DNA of 47,432 nt, taken from contig JBKJJJ010000095.1 in the NCBI GenBank assembly GCA_046598045.1, positions 1 to 47,432 on the forward strand, read 5' to 3'. The position numbers and the translations under genes are program-made. Positions 20,568-28,455 of the stretch are shown here, piece by piece (position 1 is the stretch's first letter; each line of letters opens with the position of its first letter). The DNA comes from Candidatus Eiseniibacteriota bacterium. GTDB taxonomy: Bacteria; Eisenbacteria; RBG-16-71-46; DASYSL01. Under the pieces are notes generated by a model. That model was not told the origin of the DNA, searched no databases, and saw only the letters and a program-made list of their open reading frames with translations.

Positions 20568-22510
20568 GGCAGGCGGCGCCCCCGGCGCGTCGACCGGGCG
20601 CCCCGTCGTGGGCCGCCCCGCTCGTCGTGTCCGGGGTCGCGCTCCTGATTCGGCTGGCCTATCTCGCGCAGGTCCGCGGCACGCCGATCACCGACCTGCT
20701 CCTGATCGACGCTGAGACCTACGACCGCTTCGCGCGCGCGATCCGCGCCGGGACATTCCACGGCGAGGACACCTACGCGGTCAACGTGCTCTACCCCTAC
20801 TTCCTCGCCGCGCTCTACGCGCTGGGCAAGGGCTCGATCCTGTTCGCGCTCCTGGCGCAGGCGGCGCTCGATGCCGCCACGTGCGCGCTCACTGCGTGGA
20901 TCGGCGCGCGCCTGTTCTCGCCCTTGGTGGGACTCCTCGCCGGGCTGCTCATCGCGCTCTCGGGATCGCTCGTGTTCTACGCGGGCGCGCTGCTGACGCC
21001 GACGCTCGTGACGGCGCTCGGTATGGCCACGCTTGCGGCGCTCGTCCAGGGCCAGGCCGATGCGCGCGCGCGCTGGGCGGCGCTCGCGGGCCTCCTGCTC
21101 GGGTTGGCGACCCTCGCGCGCGGCAATAGCCTGCTTCTCCTGCCGCTCGCGCTCCCGTGCCTCAAGACGTCCCGGGCGCGGCTCGTGTTCGCGGCGTGCG
21201 CGCTCGCGCCGCTCGTGGCCGTGACCGCGCGCAACTTCGCGGTCGCAGGGCAGTGGGTGCCGGTGGCCGCGAACTACGCCGCGTTCTACATCGGGCACAA
21301 CGACCACGCGACCGGGCTGTACGTGTTGCCGCGCTGGGCGGCGAGCGGCGAGTACGCGAACGAGGTCTGGGGCGTGCGCGACGCGCTCGCGCACGAACTC
21401 GGCCGCGCGCTCACCCTCGGCGAGACCGCGCGCTGGCTGTTCGCCGAGGGCTGGCGCTGGGCGTTCGCGCATCCGGCGGAGGAGCTCGCCCTGGCGTGGG
21501 CGAAGGCCCGCTTCTTCTGGAACGCGATCGACGCGCCGACGAATCTCAGCCCGTACTTCGCACGCGCATGGTCGCCGCTTCTGTCCGCGTTGCCCGTAGG
21601 GTTCGGCGCAGTCGCGCCGCTCGGTGTGCTCGGGGCCTGGTGGTCCCGGGGCCGCACGCGCTGGATGCTCCACGCGTGGCTGCTGGTGGCGTTGGCGACG
21701 GCACTCCTGTTCTTCGTCTCGGCCGAGTACCGCCTGCCCGCGCTCCCCGTGCTAGCGCTGTTCTCCGCCTATGCAAGCACGATTGCTGCCCGGGACCTGT
21801 TTCCCCGAAGCGCGCCCGCCCCGGGCCGGCGCCGGCGCCTGATCGAGCTCGGGCTCGGCCTGCCATTGATGATCGCGCTCGTGTTCGCGCGTCCGCCCGA
21901 GCTCGTCGCGCAGACCGCGCTCCACGCCGACTATGCGAAGTTCGGCACGCTCGCCGCGCGCGCCGGCGACCTGCCCCGGGCGCGCGCGTTGTTCGAGCGC
22001 GCGACCACGCTCGCACCCTCGTACCGCCCGGCGTGGCAGGGGCTGGCGGCCGTGCTCGACCGCACGGGTGACGCGCAGGGCGCGCTCGCGGCGGCGCAAC
22101 GCGCGGGCGGAACGGCCGCGCTGGCCGATTCGGGCCTGGCCGCGGGGGCGCGCTTCCAGCAGGGCGATGTCGCCGGGGCGCTCGCCGACTTCACGCGCCT
22201 CGAGGCGGCTGCCCGCGCGGCGGGGGACAGCGCGCTCGCGATCAGCCTCCTCAACAACGTGGGGCTTAGCAATCTGCGACTCGGTCATCTCGATGCGGCC
22301 GGGCGCGCGTTCGAGGAGGTGCTGCGCTTGCGCCCGCGAGCGCTCAAGTCGCACTACAACCTCGGCCGCGTGCGCGCGGCACAGGGGCGCGTGCGCGAAG
22401 CCCGGGCCGAGTTCGAGGCCGCGCTCGCGCTCGACCCGCAGGCGCCGGGGGTGCGCGAGGAATTGGAGGCGTTGCCTCCCGCGCTGGATCGGGCGCGCGG
22501 CCGGGAGTAG
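20546..22510 (+). CDS. GT-C fold (ArnT/PMT-like) membrane glycosyltransferase with C-terminal TPRs; start uncertain
   Basis: D..TYDRFA, LYPYFLA, GL.TL.R.N, RNF.V.G, EYRLP motifs in a polytopic region; C-terminal TPR-like helices (LNNVGLSNLRLG, HYNLGRV). Confidence 0.72.
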   Translation: MGRGTGLRQAAPPARRPGAPSWAAPLVVSGVALLIRLAYLAQVRGTPITDLLLIDAETYDRFARAIRAGTFHGEDTYAVNVLYPYFLAALYALGKGSILFALLAQAALDAATCALTAWIGARLFSPLVGLLAGLLIALSGSLVFYAGALLTPTLVTALGMATLAALVQGQADARARWAALAGLLLGLATLARGNSLLLLPLALPCLKTSRARLVFAACALAPLVAVTARNFAVAGQWVPVAANYAAFYIGHNDHATGLYVLPRWAASGEYANEVWGVRDALAHELGRALTLGETARWLFAEGWRWAFAHPAEELALAWAKARFFWNAIDAPTNLSPYFARAWSPLLSALPVGFGAVAPLGVLGAWWSRGRTRWMLHAWLLVALATALLFFVSAEYRLPALPVLALFSAYASTIAARDLFPRSAPAPGRRRRLIELGLGLPLMIALVFARPPELVAQTALHADYAKFGTLAARAGDLPRARALFERATTLAPSYRPAWQGLAAVLDRTGDAQGALAAAQRAGGTAALADSGLAAGARFQQGDVAGALADFTRLEAAARAAGDSALAISLLNNVGLSNLRLGHLDAAGRAFEEVLRLRPRALKSHYNLGRVRAAQGRVREARAEFEAALALDPQAPGVREELEALPPALDRARGRE

Positions 22511-22540
22511 GATCGAGGCCCTCCCGGGAGGTGTCACGCC

Positions 22541-24076
22541 ATGAACCACCCATCGTCCCGCCGTGGGCCTGCGATCTTCGCGTTCGGCGCGCTCCTCTCC
22601 GGCCTGCTGGCCGCACCGTCGGCGCGGGCGCTTCCTGCTGCCGGACCGGATCCACGCGCCGCGATCCTGCGCCGCATGGACCGATATTTCCAGCGTCACG
22701 AGGTCGACGGGGTCGTGCTCGATGCGCGTTACGTGCTCAACGAGACCGAGGCGGTGCGGCTTTCGGTGATCCCGCAATTGCTCGGCTACGCCGAACTCGA
22801 GCGCCGCCGGCCGAGCGCGCGCTTGCGACGCGACATCGCCGAGCGGGCGGACTACCTGGTCGACCGACTCGAGCTCGTGCGCTCGGGGAGTGTGTTCGAC
22901 GGCATGCTCGCCTACTCGCTGCTCGAGGCCTACGACGTCACCGGCGACCCGGGGCACCTGGCCGCCGCAGAGTCGATCCTCGACGAACTCGACGCCCTTC
23001 CGACTTCGGAGCGGATCCTCAATGGCGGGCTGATGGCGGCAATGGCGTTCGCCCGCGACTATCACCGCACCGGCGATGCGCGCCGGGCGCAGGAGGTCTC
23101 GGACATCCTGACGGTCCTCGCGCCTTACCAGCACACCGACGGCAGCTTCCCGCACTGGTGCCCCTGTTCGACCGACGTGCACTACACGGACTGGATGGCG
23201 CAGGAGCTGATCCTGATCGGGCGCCTGGTCAACGACCCCAGAATCGAGCCCATGCTCGCGCGCATGCACGCGTTTCTCGATGCGCGCGTGGGCGACGATG
23301 GCGTGACCCGCTACCAGGCGCCGTGCTGGTGGGATCCATCCGAATGCACCGTTGCCTACTGGAGCGTGGGCTCCGGGTGCAACATCGATTACGACACTCG
23401 AGGCTTCACGAACGAGCTCGGGTACAGCGCGCTCGAGTTTGCGCACGCGGGCTCGCCGAAGTACCGGGCGGTGTTGCAATTCCTCGATGGGCTCGAGGAT
23501 GGCGGGGTGATCGCGGACAAGTGGGACTACCCGATCCCACAGAGCGATCCCTACTGGCCGTGGACGTCCGCGGACACGTCGGTCGTCAACATGAGCCTCG
23601 TGTTCTGGTCGTTGGCCGCGATTCCCGGGTCGAACGCCCACGCGCCGGGCGCATTCGCGGAGGAGGATGCCGCGGCGATCGCTTCACCCCGTCCTCCGGG
23701 CCGGAGCGGGCTGCTGGTCGATCGCTGGCCGCGCTTCGCGGCCGTCACCTCCGGGCTCTACTGCGATGAGCCCGAACTCCGCTCGTCCGCGGCGCCGCAG
23801 TCCCGCATCGAGATCGAGACTGCAACGGCCGGCGGCGAGGTGACGATCCGATTCGTGCTTCCCGTGGCCGGATCAGTGTCTTGCGAGATTCGCGACGTGC
23901 GGGGACGGCTCGTACTCTCGCTTCCCCGGCAGGAGTTCGACGCGGGGCCGCAAGCGCTGCCCTGGGACGGATGCGACGCGCGCGGCAGGGCGTGTGCGCG
24001 CGGCATCTATTTCGCCCGAATTGCGGCCTTGGGCGCCACGCGGTCGGCCCGAATCCTCTACCTGCCCCGGCGCTGA
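22541..24076 (+). CDS. Secreted protein with alpha/alpha-helical repeat core and FlgD-Ig/T9SS-like CTD
   Basis: RBS GGAGG; signal peptide (..ARA); LLEAYDVTGDPGHLAAA and QHTDGSF motifs; C-terminal IRDVRGRLV..WDGCDARGR..GIYFARI. Confidence 0.7.
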   Translation: MNHPSSRRGPAIFAFGALLSGLLAAPSARALPAAGPDPRAAILRRMDRYFQRHEVDGVVLDARYVLNETEAVRLSVIPQLLGYAELERRRPSARLRRDIAERADYLVDRLELVRSGSVFDGMLAYSLLEAYDVTGDPGHLAAAESILDELDALPTSERILNGGLMAAMAFARDYHRTGDARRAQEVSDILTVLAPYQHTDGSFPHWCPCSTDVHYTDWMAQELILIGRLVNDPRIEPMLARMHAFLDARVGDDGVTRYQAPCWWDPSECTVAYWSVGSGCNIDYDTRGFTNELGYSALEFAHAGSPKYRAVLQFLDGLEDGGVIADKWDYPIPQSDPYWPWTSADTSVVNMSLVFWSLAAIPGSNAHAPGAFAEEDAAAIASPRPPGRSGLLVDRWPRFAAVTSGLYCDEPELRSSAAPQSRIEIETATAGGEVTIRFVLPVAGSVSCEIRDVRGRLVLSLPRQEFDAGPQALPWDGCDARGRACARGIYFARIAALGATRSARILYLPRR

Positions 24077-24325
24077 GCCGCCTCGCGGGCGCGGCGATCC
24101 CGAGCCGGGGGGTGCTCGCGGGCGGGCGGCCTCGAAGCCGCGCCGAGCGAACGGAAAAAACCGGTCGAGCGGGGGAGCCCGTTCCATCGCCCGGGACTCC
24201 GCAGCGTTGCGTGGTGCCCGATCGCGGTTCTGGCCGGGCGTAATGCAATCCGGACGCGCGGCTCGCTCGCAGGGCTCCGCCCCGAACCGATTGCGGGGCT
24301 CCGCACTGTGCATCGCCGGGTTTCC

Positions 24326-24341
24326 CGGCACGGGGCATGCA
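24326..24341 (+). promoter_or_regulatory. Putative sigma54 promoter of the pilin gene
   Basis: CGGCACGGGGCATGCA = GG-N10-GC, ~60 nt upstream of ATG 24400. Confidence 0.6.
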
Positions 24342-24399
24342 TTCAGGAGTCAACCGATGCGCCGGACCCTCCCGCGCACGAACCTGGAGCGCGCTCACG

Positions 24400-24831
24400 A
24401 TGCTTCGCAGGCGGAACGGTTTCACCCTGATCGAACTCATGATCGTCGTCGTCGTGATCGGGATCATCGCGGCGATCGCGATCCCGAACTTTCTCACCAT
24501 GCAGAACTTCGCGCGGGAGGGGGGCACGAAGGCGAACATGCACACGTTCCAGCTCGCCGCGGAGGATTACGGCACCCAGAACGCTGGTGTTTACGCCGCG
24601 AATGCGGCGCAGGTCGCGCCGATGCTCCCGGGCGCATACGAGAATCCCTTCGATCAATCGAGCGGACCGGGCAATGCGTGGAAGGACCAGGCGACCTATT
24701 CGCCGTCGATGGGCACCGGCTCATCGATCAAGGGGATCGTCGCCTACGCGGACAGCTCGCAGCAGAAGTACTGCATCGCCGGCCACGGCACGAGCGGCGC
24801 ACTCGCGCTCCACCTGCGCAACGGCGACTGA
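24400..24831 (+). CDS. Type IV pilin-like protein (prepilin N-terminal methylation motif)
   Basis: MLRRRNG|FTLIELMIVVVVIGIIAAIAIPNF class III signal peptide with E5; 143 aa. Confidence 0.9.
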   Translation: MLRRRNGFTLIELMIVVVVIGIIAAIAIPNFLTMQNFAREGGTKANMHTFQLAAEDYGTQNAGVYAANAAQVAPMLPGAYENPFDQSSGPGNAWKDQATYSPSMGTGSSIKGIVAYADSSQQKYCIAGHGTSGALALHLRNGD

Positions 24832-24838
24832 CGAGAAA

Positions 24839-24865
24839 CGGAGGGGAGCCTGGGGCTCCCCTCCG
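24839..24865. terminator. Hairpin between the convergent pilin and GGDEF-like genes
   Basis: Perfect 12-bp stem CGGAGGGGAGCC-TGG-GGCTCCCCTCCG; followed by TTTCTC on the minus strand. Confidence 0.7.
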
Positions 24866-24898
24866 CGGCGTTCCCTTCTCCGGCAACGATTCCTCCAG

Positions 24899-25912
24899 CT
24901 AAGCCGCCTTACGCGCTGAGGTCGAGACGCGGTTCCTGCCCTCGGCGCGGCCCTGGTCGAGCGCGCGGTCGGCGAGCGCGAGCAGCGCCTCCACCTCGAG
25001 GCCGTCCTGCGGAAACGAGGCGATCCCGACCGTGACCGTCACCTGCCCGGCTTCGGCGGGGGAGAACGCATGGCCGGCGATGCTCGTGCGCATGCGCTCC
25101 GCAACTCCGCGCGCGCCGTCGAGATTGGTCTGCGGCAGCACGACCAGGAAGCGCGCCTCGCCGCTCTTGCCCAGGCTGTCGAACGAGCGCACCTGCTGGG
25201 CGAGCACCGAGGCGGCCTCCTTGAGCAGGTAATTGCCGCGCTCGGCCCCGTGGGTCTCGCAGAATTCCGGCATGCCGTCGATCTCGACCCACATCACCGA
25301 GAGCTCCTGGCTGTAGCGGTTCGCCCGGCGCACTTCCTTCTTGAGCGTGGTCTTCAGGAATCGCGCGTTGTAAGTCTCGGTCAGGTCATCCGTGGTCGCC
25401 GAGCGATCCGCGCCGACGGCGAGCCGGAGATTCTCGAGCGAGTTGCTGAGCCAGGCCGCGAGCAGGAGCATCGACTCGGTCTCGGCCGCGGTGTAGCGGG
25501 CGCGGCCGCGCTTGCGATAGATCGCGAGGAACCCCGGGACGGGATCCCGCTGGTCCACGGGAACGAACAGGACCGGTCCCGCCTCGACACCAGGGCAGGC
25601 GTCCGCAGTTGCGAATGCCGACGTGTCGGAGAGGTCCGGGACGACCAGCGCCTGGCGCTCCTCGGTCAGGCTCCGCAGCGCCTCGCTCTGACCCGGCGTG
25701 AGCGGAACGGCCGCCGGCGTGTCGCTTCCCGCGTAGAGGATGAGCCGTTCGGCGCGCCGGCGCGAGGAGCCGAGCACCACGCTCGCGGCGTCGGCGTCGA
25801 GCAGCAGGATCGCGGCGCGCAGGGCGCCCGCGATCGCCTCCGATCGCGTGCGGCGCTCGCCCACGTTCGACAACTGCAGCAACAGCTCGATGGTCTTCGC
25901 TTGTGCGGCCAT
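24899..25912 (-). CDS. GAF plus degenerate GGDEF domain protein (probable c-di-GMP receptor)
   Basis: GAF-like N-terminus; TDDLTETYNARFL, VEIDGM, RSFDSLGKSGEARF (RxxD kept, GG[DE]EF lost), TVTVGIA, ADRALDQG..EGRNRV. Confidence 0.82.
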   Translation of the reverse strand: MAAQAKTIELLLQLSNVGERRTRSEAIAGALRAAILLLDADAASVVLGSSRRRAERLILYAGSDTPAAVPLTPGQSEALRSLTEERQALVVPDLSDTSAFATADACPGVEAGPVLFVPVDQRDPVPGFLAIYRKRGRARYTAAETESMLLLAAWLSNSLENLRLAVGADRSATTDDLTETYNARFLKTTLKKEVRRANRYSQELSVMWVEIDGMPEFCETHGAERGNYLLKEAASVLAQQVRSFDSLGKSGEARFLVVLPQTNLDGARGVAERMRTSIAGHAFSPAEAGQVTVTVGIASFPQDGLEVEALLALADRALDQGRAEGRNRVSTSARKAA

Positions 25913-25963
25913 GTCATGGTCCCCCTGGACGCCCTCCGGCTCGAGGGCAGTGATCTAACCCCT

Positions 25964-25991
25964 GTTATCGGCCGGAATGCGGGCGCCTTAG
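25964..25991 (-). promoter_or_regulatory. Putative sigma28 (FliA/WhiG-type) promoter
   Basis: Minus strand CTAAG-N14-GCCGATAAC, ~50 nt upstream of the GGDEF-like ATG. Confidence 0.6.
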
Positions 25992-26185
25992 CGCGAATGT
26001 GAGAGCGGCCTCGGATCTCAATCGCCGGCCGCTTGCTGCTCGAGCGGTCGGACCACCTTGCGGAACGCGGGAAGGGCATGGGTCCGGGCGGAGGCCTCGG
26101 AATCGGGCCGCGGGAGGGGACCGACCCCCCGCAAAGCCGGGGGGACCATCCACGCGGGCTTGAGATCATTCCGTGAAGTTTGAGG

Positions 26186-26269
26186 GGCGTACCATCGGGC
26201 TCGAGTTGGAACCTGGTCGCGGACTTGTGGCGCAATGTGGAGGCCCTGCGTTCACCCAAACACTCGTGA
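26186..26269 (+). repeat. tRNA-Glu-linked att-like repeat, copy 3 (most degenerate)
   Basis: GGCGTACCATCGGGCTCGAGTTGGAACC..CCCTGCG; reads GVPSGSSWNLVADLWRNVEALRSPKHS*. Confidence 0.55.
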
Positions 26270-26315
26270 TGCGAACATCGAACTGACGTGGCGACAATGA
26301 CTTGCGCGAATATCC

Positions 26316-26335
26316 AACTTGCCCCGGGGCAAGTT
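26316..26335. repeat. Perfect 20-bp palindrome
   Basis: AACTTGCCCCGGGGCAAGTT. Confidence 0.85.
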
Positions 26336-26368
26336 TGCAAGTGCTTTGATGGGGATTCATCCGGACGA

Positions 26369-26459
26369 ACTGGCGTGCCTGAACCCTCCAAGGTGGAACT
26401 GGATACGGGGGTGCTTCAAGACTCCGCATTTCCTGAGGTTCGGTTTCTCCGCCGCTTGA
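26369..26459 (+). repeat. tRNA-Glu-linked att-like repeat, copy 2
   Basis: ACTGGCGTGCCTGA..; 34/45 nt identical without gaps to copy 1; reads LACLNPPRWNWIRGCFKTPHFLRFGFSAA*. Confidence 0.72.
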
Positions 26460-26566
26460 ATCCGTTATCCTCGGCCCTCCGTGCCCTACGGGGCTCGCAA
26501 GGAGACTTGGCGAAGGTCGTCGCGGGATGGTCAGTGGTCGGTTCAGGAGACACTTCAGGAGCCCAC

Positions 26567-27016
26567 ATGATCATTCGCCTCAACGTCGAGGAAATAGTCG
26601 AAGAGGTTGAAGCTCGGGAGGTGAGCGCAGGGACTTTCGAGCTTCTCGAGACGCCCCTTTTCTTCTCCGATGAACTCGGCCTTGGGGACGTTGTCCTGCT
26701 CGATCGGGACGAAGACGGATCCTACCGACTTCGCGAAATCATGGAACGGCCATTCCGCCATTTCTTCCGGGTCATTCCGGGCGAGTATGGCCACTCGAAA
26801 GCCATCTACGATTTCGGCGACTGGGTAATTGCCCATGGGGGGCGGTGGGAAACAGCGATGGGCGGGCTTCTGTTTCTCCACTTTCCGCGGGGGTGCAAGA
26901 TGCCGAGGGTCAAGGCGGAACTGCGCACTCGCCTGGAACGATTCGCACAGAGCGAGGAGCGGACGGAACTCATCAAGGCGGGACCGTCCGCGCACTTCCC
27001 TAAGCGGGACAAGTGA
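26567..27016 (+). CDS. Hypothetical protein, DUF4265-like (cassette cargo)
   Basis: RBS AGGAG before ATG 26567; E.VEAREV..GTFELLETPLF..LGLGDVVLL..DGSY pattern; stop is 1 nt before repeat copy 1. Confidence 0.6.
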   Translation: MIIRLNVEEIVEEVEAREVSAGTFELLETPLFFSDELGLGDVVLLDRDEDGSYRLREIMERPFRHFFRVIPGEYGHSKAIYDFGDWVIAHGGRWETAMGGLLFLHFPRGCKMPRVKAELRTRLERFAQSEERTELIKAGPSAHFPKRDK

Positions 27017-27017
27017 T

Positions 27018-27108
27018 ACTGGCGTCCCTGACCACCCCCAGTTGGAACCAGATCCGGCAGTGGCTGGAGTCCTTACAATCCCTGCGCGAGAGCCTCAAGG
27101 TCGCCTAG
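27018..27108 (+). repeat. tRNA-Glu-linked att-like repeat, copy 1
   Basis: ACTGGCGTCCC identical to 28200-28210 (tRNA 3' end including CCA); reads LASLTTPSWNQIRQWLESLQSLRESLKVA*. Confidence 0.78.
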
Positions 27109-27372
27109 ATCGCATATCTTGGGCCCACGGATTTCGGGCGTGGCATTCGCATCCGGCGATCCCACCCGGGACTGGAACCCGGTTCGAAGATCACCGTGTG
27201 CGTCACGCCTACCACCATCTCGCGCGGATGAAGGCGGCGCTCCAGCAGGGGATTGGGGCGTCGGGCAGGGCGGCCTAGGACGGGGCCGATGCATGGAGAC
27301 GTCGTGGAGCCGCGGGCGGCTGGCAGGCGTTGGCGGGCACCCACGAGGAGCACGAACGACGAGGGGCTGAGC

Positions 27373-28191
27373 ATGATTGCGGACCCAGGGGATCCCACCC
27401 GGCGATTCGGGTCACGCTGGTGGCTCCTGGCAGCGATCGCTTTCGCGGTCGTCAGCCTGGTGCTCTCTCCAGTGACCCTGGTGCTGTTCGGGTTCATGTT
27501 CATCGTGGCCGGGTTTAGCGGCCGATTTCTGCCCGTGCATTGGTTGTGGGCCGCGGTGTTGCTCCTTGCGGCCCCGGGCCTGGCCGCGTTCGGACTTGCG
27601 ACCATGGTGGAGCGGCTTCTGCGCCGATCCGGGCGTCCAGATCGCGCTCGACGCTGGTCCTGGAGAGCGGTCGTCACCGCGCTGGTTGCGGTCTCGCCCT
27701 TTGTCTTCCTGCCGGCGCTGTTTGTGATCGGGATCCAAAGCCGCATCCCTTCGAAGGGGGAGCAGGCGGCGCAGAAGCAATACGCGCTGCGTCCGATCGT
27801 CGCCAGCGATTCGATGGGATTCTGTTCCGTCCCCGTGTGGCGGGTTCGCGACCGGGCTCCGGAGTTCACGGTCGCCGTCCGCGTGCCCCGACGTGCGAAC
27901 TACGCTCTCACCGTGCACGGCGGGTTCGGGCGCCGCAGTCTCCCGTCGAAAGACGGGACCGCGTACTCGGAAAGCGACGCCATGGGCTTCCTGATGCGCG
28001 AGTTCGGACCCGGAGTCGATACCCTCACCGTCCGACTCGATAACGCCGGCACCAGCCCGCCCACGTCGTGGCCGATTCGGATCTGGTTCATCCAGATCGC
28101 ACGAGCGGACTCAGACCTGATTATCGACGGTCGCTACGGCGACTCGCTCTACGTCATCGACTCGACGGGGGTGCGGACCAGCGGGCGGTGA
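27373..28191 (+). CDS. Hypothetical membrane protein (cassette cargo)
   Basis: GAGGGG before ATG 27373; 3-4 N-terminal hydrophobic segments then a soluble beta-rich domain; stop 10 nt before the tRNA 3' end. Confidence 0.6.
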   Translation: MIADPGDPTRRFGSRWWLLAAIAFAVVSLVLSPVTLVLFGFMFIVAGFSGRFLPVHWLWAAVLLLAAPGLAAFGLATMVERLLRRSGRPDRARRWSWRAVVTALVAVSPFVFLPALFVIGIQSRIPSKGEQAAQKQYALRPIVASDSMGFCSVPVWRVRDRAPEFTVAVRVPRRANYALTVHGGFGRRSLPSKDGTAYSESDAMGFLMREFGPGVDTLTVRLDNAGTSPPTSWPIRIWFIQIARADSDLIIDGRYGDSLYVIDSTGVRTSGR

Positions 28192-28201
28192 GCTTTGAAA
28201 C

Positions 28202-28279
28202 TGGCGTCCCCAGCGGGATTCGAACCCGCGTCGCCGCCGTGAAAGGGCGGTGTCCTGGGCCGGGCTAGACGATGGGGAC
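28202..28279 (-). tRNA. tRNA-Glu (anticodon UUC), CCA encoded
   Basis: Minus strand GTCCCCATCGTCTAGCCCGGCCCAGGACACCGCCCTTTCACGGCGGCGACGCGGGTTCGAATCCCGCTGGGGACGCCA folds as a cloverleaf with anticodon loop CT-TTC-AC. Confidence 0.97.
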
Positions 28280-28334
28280 GCGAAAGGGCAGGGGCCACGC
28301 GCGGCCGGACCGTAAAGAGGCGCGTGACAGCCGC

Positions 28335-28364
28335 ACCCTAGCGTGCCCCGGTCGCCGCTGTCAA
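28335..28364 (-). promoter_or_regulatory. Putative sigma70 promoter of tRNA-Glu
   Basis: Minus strand TTGACA-N18-TAGGGT. Confidence 0.6.
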
Positions 28365-28455
28365 CCCGAGCGGACTTCGGTCCCAGGCCCCTGCTAGAGT
28401 CTGTGTGTCCCACCCGATGGATCGCGCGTCGACCTCGCTCCCGTGAGGTTTGCCG

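Larger units (their letters stand above)
26186..28210. mobile_element. Small integrase-less insert/cassette stack at the 3' end of tRNA-Glu
   Basis: Visibly lower GC and atypical codon usage; bounded and punctuated by copies of the tRNA 3' end; no recombinase gene in the window. Confidence 0.65.

Noticed and set aside
24400..24831. Electrically conductive (Geobacter-type) pilin
   Set aside because: The mature pilin is ~136 aa with ~12 F/W/Y and lacks an aromatic residue at position 27; no cytochrome context in the window.
26186..27108. CRISPR array or classical integron attC interpretation of the repeats
   Set aside because: The repeats are long, degenerate and unevenly spaced, with no cas or intI gene and no RYYYAAC..GTTRRRY attC palindrome.
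27158..27402. 12-bp direct repeat GATCCCACCCGG (27158, 27391) and a nearby GGTTCGAA T-loop-like motif
   Set aside because: No cloverleaf can be folded and the second copy lies in a CDS; plausibly chance.
28202..28279. Functional link between tRNA-Glu and the LanB (Glu-tRNA donor)
   Set aside because: The two are 27 kb apart and separated by housekeeping genes; this is an ordinary tRNA with its own promoter.
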